Shown here: one piece after another, positions 19,301 to 26,421 of the stretch
How positions within the stretch are numbered: the stretch's first letter is position 1
Layout: each line of letters starts with the position of its first letter
Assembly (NCBI GenBank): GCA_963738495.1
Contig: CAVTWW010000014.1
Coordinates: 296,091-360,090, forward strand
DNA length: 64,000 nucleotides
Direction: 5' to 3'
Origin: an uncultured Actinomycetota bacterium
Lineage (GTDB): Bacteria > Actinomycetota > Actinomycetes > Actinomycetales > Kineosporiaceae
Position numbers and translations under genes: made by a program
Notes under the pieces: model-generated
Told to the model about the DNA's origin: nothing
Databases searched by the model: none
What the model saw: only the letters and a program-made list of their open reading frames with translations

Positions 19301-20028
19301 CGGTGAGCGCATTCCGGCTGCGCCGCGACCGGAGCACCCGGGCCTGGAGCACGCTGGCGCCAGGCGTGGGTCTGGCGGTGCTGCCTAGTGTGCTCGCCTC
19401 GGGCGACGGGTCGGTGGCCCGACCGATCCTGCTCATCGCCGGCGGCGCCGTCGCCGTGGCCGGGGTGTGGGCCAGGACCGTGGGGCGCCGGCTCGACCTG
19501 GTGGCGATGGCCGCCGCGGTGACTGCGGCCGGCGGCGCCGCCTCGGCCCGCACGCTTGCCGCGACGGGACAGCAGAGCTGGCCCACGCTGCAGCAGCTCG
19601 AGGTGTGGACGGTGCCGGCGTCCTTGGTCGTCGTCGCGGCGGGTCTGCAGATGCTGGTCCGTCGACCCGCCCTCGGTTCACTGGGCCCGCTGGCCCCCGG
19701 CCTCGCGCTGCTGCTCGCGCCGTCCGTGCTGCTGGTGCTCGAGGGCCAACCGCTGTGGCGGGTGGTCTGGGTGAGCGTGGCCGCCGCCGCCGTCCTGATG
19801 GTCGGCGTGGTGCGGCGGCTGCTCGGACCGGTCCTGATCGGGGCGGCGGCGCTGGTGGTGCATGCAGTGGCCCAGCTCGGGCCGTGGGTGGTGCGCACGG
19901 TGGCCGACATGCCGCGGTGGCTGTCGCTGGCGATCGTCGGCGTGGTGGTCTTCGGGCTCGGCACGACCTACGAGCGACGGCTGCGTGAGCTGAGGGCGGT
20001 CCGGCTGAGCCTGTCCCACCTGCGCTAA
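16387..20028 (+). CDS. Large polytopic membrane protein with an N-terminal zinc ribbon (SCO7613-like)
   Basis: 1213-aa intact ORF. GGAGGG SD lies 5 nt before the ATG. The N-terminus has CPSCDAT…CGRCG (a zinc ribbon), then a Pro/Ala-rich linker and more than 20 hydrophobic helices rich in Ala/Leu/Val/Trp. Confidence 0.8.
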   Translation: MDDAASRRHLTDARYCPSCDATLAGPVCGRCGIDLSGEAGKQLWRLSTEVEALLEQRDGVIGGLRAAARSRGMGAPPVAAAQATSPSMPSALPLPPPPSMAPRPSLLARIGVQGLLISVGALMVAVAGIVFLVVAWDRLGLSGRALVIAALTGTAMAAAVRLRPRLPETAEGIGAIAAVLVLADAWAVRSTGLWGTDRWHWSGYLAVAGGLCTVLLYTWGRRFGVRAGTITAAAAGPASLVTAGLWLGSHRGVGGTFGGELGLSAAAALGLLRHWAPPTWRTERAVLLTASVGGWVTAVLSTAIASPYSWRQSAVLAIGAIGAAAQARFAQARQLGPTTGSASVDRLTTPRALWAMGVGACAAAAVSPLPVTRLSGSYAALAVTWYPMLAPAGAAAAAAGVAWSTRPGRWLHRTAHLPHRPATAVARLTATVLALPAVLTVTGLVGGAVAAGFDSWHATAGERLDQVIDPVALENLWFHGDSRLLPLTAGLGLLALAVLLEVGVRLGAAVPSGADHFGADHGAAAGSDSPAGLPVDGRSRWSAAAVLAAGAGTLALALQPRWPLWTAVVALLLVAVGFGLAAALPVGGRGLDDWHRRAALTVAAIAGTVAVLLSWSASAVSAPTTLVGVVALLAARRAAPAAVRPVMVGLAVLATVAVAGAVPDYWAVGDALRFRTAPQLAAQFRTASVVASLLTALFAAVPIARTAGGAAASTPGRISAGWTSAGGISPIRAAAWLGSRAERLGGTATGWVAACLTALMGAGWGSGPGAFSNHRPFQDSSRGLDVGDVVVIVALLAATLVATRARPDRAPTGRWVPMAAAALVPSVAVALSVAVAQTLMQRRTGGVSDAAMGEASLLAAAGALALLGLAVGLLGVRGWRDGRRLPAEVGLAVPLGVLSLTVLLRWDSHPTNWVALLLLGVAATAVSIPADRHRVAWAGWVLLSASSAVRLLRSDVSLVEAYTLPPALALLAVSAFRLRRDRSTRAWSTLAPGVGLAVLPSVLASGDGSVARPILLIAGGAVAVAGVWARTVGRRLDLVAMAAAVTAAGGAASARTLAATGQQSWPTLQQLEVWTVPASLVVVAAGLQMLVRRPALGSLGPLAPGLALLLAPSVLLVLEGQPLWRVVWVSVAAAAVLMVGVVRRLLGPVLIGAAALVVHAVAQLGPWVVRTVADMPRWLSLAIVGVVVFGLGTTYERRLRELRAVRLSLSHLR

Positions 20029-20084
20029 CCCGGGCCTGACCGGGGTCACCCTCGGCTCAGGCAGGCTGGGTCAGGCAGGCTGGG

Positions 20085-20336
20085 TCAGGAGGAGCCCGAC
20101 TTGCGGCGGAAGGTGCGCTGCGGCTTGCCCGGCGCCGAGTGCGGCGCGCTCATCTTGGGGTCGGCCGAGCCGCCGGAGCCGTGGTGGCCCATCTTCTTGC
20201 GGGCCAGGGCCTCGAGGAACTTGCGGCGGTTGGCCTCCTCCGGCGTCTCCGCGATGTGGGAGTCGTCGGGCTTGGCACCCTCGGAATGGGCAGCGTCGGG
20301 GGTGCTGCCGTCGACGTTGCCGGCTGTGTCAGTCAT
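20085..20336 (-). CDS. DUF5302-family small protein
   Basis: Motifs …RRKFLEALARKK…GGSADPKMS…GKPQRTFRRKSG. ATG at 20336 is preceded by AAGGA at 7 nt. The track ORF begins at GTG 20354. Confidence 0.7.
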   Translation of the reverse strand: MTDTAGNVDGSTPDAAHSEGAKPDDSHIAETPEEANRRKFLEALARKKMGHHGSGGSADPKMSAPHSAPGKPQRTFRRKSGSS

Positions 20337-20376
20337 GTCGTCATCCTTGTGCACCGGGACTGCGAAGGCGAATGGG

Positions 20377-20997
20377 CTACTCGAACGGGGTGGGGTCGCC
20401 GGCGCCGTGACGCACCACCACCGGGGTCACCTCCGAGAAGTCGACCACCGTGGTGGGCTCGGTGCCGCACTCGCCGCAGTCGAGGACGGCGTCCACCTGG
20501 TGCTCGAGCGCCTCCTTGATGAGCCAGCCGTCGGTCATCGGCTGCGTCTCGCCCGGCAGCAGCAGGCTCGAGGTGACCATCGGCTCACCCAGCTGCTCCA
20601 GCAGTGCCAGGGCCACCGGGTGGTTGGGGATGCGCACGCCGACGGTCTTCTTGCGGGCGTGCAGCAACCGGCGGGGCACGTCCTTGGTGGCCGGCAGGAT
20701 GAAGGTGTAGCTGCCCGGGGTGACGGCCTTGATGGCCCTGAAGACGCTGTTGTCGATCTGCACCAGGTGGCCCAGCTGGCTGAAGTCGCGGCACAGCAAC
20801 GTGAAGTGGTGACGCTCGTCGAGGTGACGGATCCGCTGGATCCTCTCCTTGCCCTCGGCGTTGCCCAGGGCGCACCCGAGGGCGAACACCGAGTCCGTCG
20901 GGTAGGCGATCAGACCGCCCTCCTGGACGATCTTGACCGCCTGCGCGATGGCGCGCGGCTGAGGGTCCTGGGGATGGACGTCGAAGTATCGAGCCAC
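20377..20997 (-). CDS. L-threonylcarbamoyladenylate synthase-like protein (Sua5/YciO/YrdC family)
   Basis: YrdC-domain motifs GGLIAYPTDSVFALGC, KKTVGVRIPNHPVALALLEQLGEPMVTSS and SVVDFS. I chose the GTG at 20997 (VARYFDV…). The upstream portion of track ORF 20377..21417 is Arg/Pro-rich shadow. Confidence 0.75.
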   Translation of the reverse strand: MARYFDVHPQDPQPRAIAQAVKIVQEGGLIAYPTDSVFALGCALGNAEGKERIQRIRHLDERHHFTLLCRDFSQLGHLVQIDNSVFRAIKAVTPGSYTFILPATKDVPRRLLHARKKTVGVRIPNHPVALALLEQLGEPMVTSSLLLPGETQPMTDGWLIKEALEHQVDAVLDCGECGTEPTTVVDFSEVTPVVVRHGAGDPTPFE

Positions 20998-21116
20998 GCC
21001 TTGAGGGTAGACCCGAACGGGTGATGCTCGTGCCGTCGCGTGATCAGCTGTGCACAGGCTTGCGCCGTGGGTGAACACCCCTTGCCGCGGCGGTGCGGGT
21101 GGGCTGCGATCAGGGC

Positions 21117-22307
21117 ATGAGACTGCTGGTGCTGGGTGGGACCGGTTGGCTGGGACGCGCTGTCGCACAACACGCGGTCGCCGGCGGGCATCGGGTGACG
21201 TGCGTGACCCGGGGCGGCTCGGGGCCGCTGCCGCACGGCGTGCACCCCGTCGTCGCCGACCGCGAGCGGGACGACGCCATGGCCACGCTCGTCGACGACG
21301 CCCGAGCCGGCTGTGGCGGTGGCGGTGGCGGTGACTCGGACGGCCTGCTGTGGGACGCGGTCGTCGACGTGACCCGCCAGCCCGGTCAGGTCCGCCGGTC
21401 CGTGGCCGCCCTGGCACCCGTCGCGCGTCACTACGTCTTCGTCAGCTCGTGCAGCGTCTACGCCGACCACAGCACGCCGGACGGCGACGAGTCCGGGGCC
21501 TTGCTGCCGGCGCTGGACGGCGACGTCATGACCTCGATGGACGTCTACGGCGAGGCGAAGGTGGCCTGCGAGCAGCACGTATCGGCGGCCTTCGGAGCTG
21601 ATCGCTGCCTGTTCGCCCGGGCCGGGTTGATCGCGGGGCCTGGCGATGTCACCGATCGCACCGGCTACTGGCCGCTGCGCTTCGCCAGGCCTGCCGACCC
21701 GGACGGGCGGGTGCTCGTGCCGGACGCTGCGGACCAGCCGACCCAGGTGGTCGACGTGCGAGACCTGGCGCAGTGGCTGGTCGACGTGGGTGAGGCGGCA
21801 ACCGCCGGGCCGTTCGACGTGGTCGGTCCGGTGACCTCGTTGGGCGACCATCTGGCCACCGCGCGCTCGGTCGCCGACCGGGTGGTCGCCGCGGGCCTTG
21901 CCGGCGGCCCCAGCACCGACGGTCCCAGTACCGACGGCCCCAGCACTGACGGGCCCAGCGCCGACGGACCTGGCGTCGGTGGGGCCGGACGACCGGTAGC
22001 GGCCGACCCGGACTGGCTGGTGGCACAGGGCGTCAGCGGCTGGTCGGGCCCGCGGTCGCTGCCGATCTGGTTGCCCGACCCCGAGTTCGCCGGGCTGTCG
22101 GCCCGCACCGGCGCCTACGCCCGCACCGTGGCCGGCCTGGTGACCCGCCGACTGGCGGACACCTTGGCGGACACCCTGATGTGGGAGCTCACACTGCCCG
22201 TCGACCGAGACCGAAAGGCAGGCCTGAGCGCAACTGAGGAAACAAGGCTCATGGGAAGGCTGGCTGTACGTGGCGCTGGTGATCCTACTCAGGAAGCATT
22301 TGGATGA
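21117..22307 (+). CDS. NAD-dependent epimerase/dehydratase (SDR) family protein containing a GPSTD repeat insert
   Basis: Rossmann motif MRLLVLGGTGWLGRAV. An internal 15-bp x4 tandem repeat at ~21905-21968 encodes GPSTDGPSTDGPSTDGPSADGP. The start could instead be the GTG at 21093. Confidence 0.75.
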   Translation: MRLLVLGGTGWLGRAVAQHAVAGGHRVTCVTRGGSGPLPHGVHPVVADRERDDAMATLVDDARAGCGGGGGGDSDGLLWDAVVDVTRQPGQVRRSVAALAPVARHYVFVSSCSVYADHSTPDGDESGALLPALDGDVMTSMDVYGEAKVACEQHVSAAFGADRCLFARAGLIAGPGDVTDRTGYWPLRFARPADPDGRVLVPDAADQPTQVVDVRDLAQWLVDVGEAATAGPFDVVGPVTSLGDHLATARSVADRVVAAGLAGGPSTDGPSTDGPSTDGPSADGPGVGGAGRPVAADPDWLVAQGVSGWSGPRSLPIWLPDPEFAGLSARTGAYARTVAGLVTRRLADTLADTLMWELTLPVDRDRKAGLSATEETRLMGRLAVRGAGDPTQEAFG

Positions 22308-22690
22308 GTTTTCTCTGCGACGCGTAGGTGCGGTGGAATGGCCCATCGCGGACGCCCCAAAGCTGCAACGGCCAACTGTACAACGAAGCTAACCATCGCA
22401 ACAATGAGGGAGGTTTCGCTGATTCTATCGTAAATCCATGCCGATGTATGCGAGATAGGGCGCCCAACAAGACTGACGACGTCGACCAATACTGCGAGGG
22501 CGCACGCCGAGATCGCCAGGAAGAGCAGGCTCCTATTGAACTTCTCATTGAACTTCCTCGAAAGGATTGGGTTCTGGTTGTCCTCAGCAAATTTGCGCTG
22601 GAAGGCCGGGTCGCGCCACGAACGAACATGGATGTAAACGACCACGAGGGCCAGGGCATTCGTCACAGATACCATGAAGAACGTGATCAT
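22289..22690 (-). CDS. Small 3-TM membrane protein encoded in a low-GC islet; no family recognised
   Basis: ATG at 22690 is preceded by GAGAGGGA. Translation MITFFMVSVTNALALVVVYIHV… has 3 hydrophobic helices. Local GC is ~50-55% against ~72% in the flanks, with A/T-ending codons. The 3' end overlaps the convergent epimerase stop by 19 nt. Confidence 0.55.
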   Translation of the reverse strand: MITFFMVSVTNALALVVVYIHVRSWRDPAFQRKFAEDNQNPILSRKFNEKFNRSLLFLAISACALAVLVDVVSLVGRPISHTSAWIYDRISETSLIVAMVSFVVQLAVAALGRPRWAIPPHLRVAEKTHPNAS

Positions 22691-22763
22691 GCGAAAGTAT
22701 CCCTCTCGGGGTCCGATCTTGAGACGGTCGAGTCCAGGTCTTCTGTAGTTCGGCGGCTGACTG

Positions 22764-24207
22764 CTAGGACTGCCGTTCGGCGCCGGCGACCGGCTGCCTC
22801 CGGCGGATGGCGACGACGCTGGTGGCAGCCGCGAAGCACAGCCCGGCGGCGACCAGCCAGGCCCCCTGGTAGCTGCCGGTCGAGGTCCGGATCCACCCTG
22901 CGGCGCTGGCACCGATCCCGGCCCCGATCATGTGCGAGGCGTAGACCCAGCCGAAGACGACGCCGGAGTCGGCCAGGCCGAAGTGCTGGCGGCACAGGGC
23001 CACGGTCGGCGGCACCGTGGCCACCCAGTCGAGGCCGTAGAAGACGATGAACACCCAAAGGCTGGGCCGCACGTCCGGCGCCAGCATCTGCTGCAGCGCC
23101 AGCAGCGAGGCCCCGCGCAACCCGTAGTAGGCGGCCAGCAGCACCCGGGAGTCCGCGAAGTCCGACAGCCACCCCGAGGCCAGCGTGCCGGCGATGTCGA
23201 AGACCCCGACCATCGCCAGCAGCCCGGCCGCCGTGGTCGTGGGCATGCCGTGGTCGTGGGCGGCCGGCACGAAATGCGTCTGCACCAAGCCGTTCGTCGA
23301 CCATCCGCAGACGAAGAAGGTGAACGCGAGGATCCAGAACACCCTGCGCCGCGAGGCCGTGGCCAGGGTGTCGAGGGCCCGCCGAACGACGCGCGAGGCC
23401 GCTGGGCCGCCGTCCGGCTCGAGTTCATCGGACCCGCCCGGGCTCATCGGCCCGCCCGGGCTCATCGGCCCGCCCGGGCTCATCGGCCCGCCCGGGCTCA
23501 TCGGCCCGCTCGGGCCCGCCGCCCGGCTCGGGTCCGTCGCCCAGCGCCTGCAGGGGCGCGGACGGCGCCGCCGCGGGCGCCCCATAGGGCTGCAGGCCAC
23601 GGTCGGCGGGGCGATCGTCGATGAACAGTGCCACCAGCACCAGCATCAGGGTCGCGAAGACGGCGACACCACCTGCGGCCCAACGCCATCCGGGACCGTC
23701 GACGGCCCGCGCCACCAGCGGCAGGAACAGCAGCTGCCCGGTGGCGTTGCCGGCCGAGAAGATTCCCGTCACCAGACCGCGCTTGGCCACGAACCAGCGG
23801 TTGGCCACGATCGCACCGAACACCAGGGCCATCGCCCCGGTGCCGGTGCCGACCAGCACTCCCCACAACAGGTAGAGCTGCCAGGGCTGGGTCATGACCA
23901 GGGTGAGCGCGGTGGCTCCGGCGACCAGCACCAGGGCCAGGCTGATGACGCGGCGCAGGCCCCACAGCTCCATCAGGGCCGCGGCGAAAGGCGCGACGAC
24001 GCCGTACAGCACGAGGTTCAGGGTCACGGCCCCCGAGGTCAGCGCCCGGCTCCACCCGAACTCGGCCTCGATCGGCTCGAGCAGCAGCCCGATCGAGGAG
24101 CGGAACGCCGCGGCGGCCACCAGTGCGCCCAGGGTGACCGCGGCGACCAGCCAGGCGCGGTGCCATCGGGTGGCGGCGGCCGGCTCGAGACGGGTGTCGG
24201 TCGCCAT
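22764..24207 (-). pseudogene. MFS transporter with an 18-bp tandem repeat in the central loop and one frameshift
   Basis: The N-terminal half is in ORF 23425..25200 (MATDTRLEP… with TM helices, start ATG at 24207). The C-terminal half is in ORF 22764..23600 in a different frame. The repeat catcggcccgcccgggct x~5 at 23426-23515 reads PGRADE or GPMSPG depending on frame. Confidence 0.7.
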
Positions 24208-24258
24208 GTCGGCAGTGTAGGTGGACAGCCACCGGCGGCCCCGGCCAGGATCACCGGC

Positions 24259-25533
24259 ATGGCTGCGACCGTCCGGATCACCGCCGAGCAGCGGCGGGCC
24301 CGGCTGGCAGCGCGGCACCGGTTGTTGCCGGCCACCCGCACCGACGACGTCGCCGTCCTGGCCGACGACCTGCTCGCCCTGCACTCGACCGACCCGGTCT
24401 CGGTCTACCTGTCGGCCTGGACCCGTGGCGCCCAGCCGTCGCGGGACACCCTCGAGCAGGCGCTGTACGTCGACCGCACCCTGGTGCGTCACCACGTGAT
24501 GCGCCGCACCTTGTGGGTGGCCACCCCGCCGATGATGCGCCGGATGCACCTGACGACGACCGCCCGCTACGCCGCGGCCCAGCACACCCGGGTGATCGGC
24601 ATGCTCACCGAAGGGGGCATCGACGACGCTGCGACCTGGCTCGAGGCCGCCAAGGGTGAGGTGCTGGCGCTGCTGCGCTGCGAGGGGCCGATGACGGCCA
24701 GGGCCGTCGGCCTGCGGATCCCGTCCCTGGCCCATCCGTTGCGGCTGGCGGTGGGTACCAAGTACGAGGGCACGCAGAACGCCCACAGCCGGGTGCTGCT
24801 GCAGCTCGGGTTCGAGGCCGCCCTGGTGCGGACCCGACCCACCGGCACCTGGATCAACGGGCAGTACACCTGGGCCGCGATGGACGCCTGGCTGCCCGGG
24901 GGCCTGCTGCGGGACGGCGACCTGCTGCGGGATGGCGGACCTGACGACGGCTCGGTGTCGCCGGACGTCGAACGTCAGGCGGCCCGCGAGCTGGCGGCGT
25001 TGTGGTTGCAGCGGTTCGGTCCCGGCACCAGCACCGACCTGCAGTGGTGGGCCGGGTGGACGGCGACCCTGACCAAGCGGGCCCTGGCAGACATCGGCGC
25101 GGTGCCGGTCGACCTCGACGGCCTGCCCGGCTGGGTCGCGGCGGACGACCCACTGCTGTCCGGCGGCACCAGTTCTGAGCGGCATCCGCCCGAGGGGCAC
25201 GAGCCCGGCCAGCCCTGGGTGGCGGTGCTGCCTGCGCTCGACCCGACCGTCATGGGGTGGAAGCAGCGGGACTGGTACCTGCCCGGGTCGGCGGCCGCGG
25301 CGTTCGACAGCAACGGCAATGCTGGGCCGACGATCTGGGTCGACGGTCAGGTGGTCGGGGGCTGGCTGCAGACCAAGGACGGCGACTTACGGGTGCAATG
25401 GTTCTCGCAGCCGGCGGCAGACCGCCGACGACAGGTACAGGCACGGCTCGACGAGCTGCAGGACTGGCTCGGGCCGACCCGGTTCGCCGTCCGCTTCCCG
25501 GCCCCGTTCGCCAGGCAGCAGTCGTCCACCTGA
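24259..25533 (+). CDS. Winged-helix DNA-binding-domain protein (DUF1006 / AlkZ-YcaQ-like DNA glycosylase family)
   Basis: ATG at 24259. Translation [57 protein letters not shown]… is 424 aa. The upstream part of track ORF 23185..25533 is antisense to the MFS gene. Confidence 0.8.
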   Translation: MAATVRITAEQRRARLAARHRLLPATRTDDVAVLADDLLALHSTDPVSVYLSAWTRGAQPSRDTLEQALYVDRTLVRHHVMRRTLWVATPPMMRRMHLTTTARYAAAQHTRVIGMLTEGGIDDAATWLEAAKGEVLALLRCEGPMTARAVGLRIPSLAHPLRLAVGTKYEGTQNAHSRVLLQLGFEAALVRTRPTGTWINGQYTWAAMDAWLPGGLLRDGDLLRDGGPDDGSVSPDVERQAARELAALWLQRFGPGTSTDLQWWAGWTATLTKRALADIGAVPVDLDGLPGWVAADDPLLSGGTSSERHPPEGHEPGQPWVAVLPALDPTVMGWKQRDWYLPGSAAAAFDSNGNAGPTIWVDGQVVGGWLQTKDGDLRVQWFSQPAADRRRQVQARLDELQDWLGPTRFAVRFPAPFARQQSST

Positions 25534-25575
25534 CCGTGACCGTGCCCCTGACCCAGACCTGACCTGACCGTGGCT

Positions 25576-26211
25576 TCAGGCGAGACGCGCAGCCAGGACC
25601 GCCACCCCGTCGCCGTCCAGCCTGGGCAGTACCGCCGCCCGACCGGTGGCGGCCAGCAGTACGTCGATCCCCCGCCCGGTGAGCGCCGGGCCACGGCCCC
25701 ACGACCATTCCAGGTCGTCGGCGACCAGTCGTAGCCCGGCCAACCTGCCACGCGGCATGAACCCGACGGTGCGACCGGTCGTGACGAACTGCAGTGCGGT
25801 CAGGACCGAGGCCGCGGCCGGTTCGTACTCCAGCCCCAGTGGCACCCGGATGTCGCCGGTGTGCACCAGGACGTCCGTGAGCGGCGCGCGCGGACCCGTC
25901 AGCGGCGGCTGGAACGGATTGTCGGAATGGTCGCGCAGCGTGGCCACGATCTCGGTGACCGGTCGGCGCGCCCACTGCCGGGCGGCGTCGTCGTTGGCCC
26001 GGTGGAAGTTGCCGCTGTGGCGCAGCAACGCGAGAAGGAACGGCTTCTTGGACGGCGACACCGACACCGCCAGGTGACCGGCGACCGTCGTGACGTCCCA
26101 GGCGCCGCAGAGGCTCTGGGTCGCCAGCTGAGCCGGGCTCAACGTCTCGAGCAGGTCGGCCAGCGCACGCCGCTCGACGGCCGAGGCGGCCACGATCTCG
26201 GGTTTGTCCAC
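25576..26211 (-). CDS. Maleylpyruvate-isomerase-family mycothiol-dependent enzyme (TIGR03083 / DinB-like)
   Basis: N-terminal signature …LSPAQLATQSLCGAWDVTTVAGHLA…; 211 aa. Confidence 0.75.
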   Translation of the reverse strand: MDKPEIVAASAVERRALADLLETLSPAQLATQSLCGAWDVTTVAGHLAVSVSPSKKPFLLALLRHSGNFHRANDDAARQWARRPVTEIVATLRDHSDNPFQPPLTGPRAPLTDVLVHTGDIRVPLGLEYEPAAASVLTALQFVTTGRTVGFMPRGRLAGLRLVADDLEWSWGRGPALTGRGIDVLLAATGRAAVLPRLDGDGVAVLAARLA

Positions 26212-26421
26212 GGGCGCAGCCTAGCCACCTGCCCGACCGTCGCCCGGACGGGTCGGGGCGCATCTCGCACCAGGCCGGTTGGGGACGGGACGCCGGCGAT
26301 GCCTCGTCCCCAGGCTGTCGGCCACCGAGGCATCGGGAGTCCATGACACGGTGTGGCACAACAGATCTCGCCCTGTGGATGACTGTGGGTGACTGTCGGA
26401 GGGGGTCGCTAGGTTGTCGGT

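Noticed and set aside
23185-24258. N-terminal 358 codons of track ORF 23185..25533
   Set aside because: This portion is antisense to the MFS transporter. The real AlkZ-like protein starts at ATG 24259.
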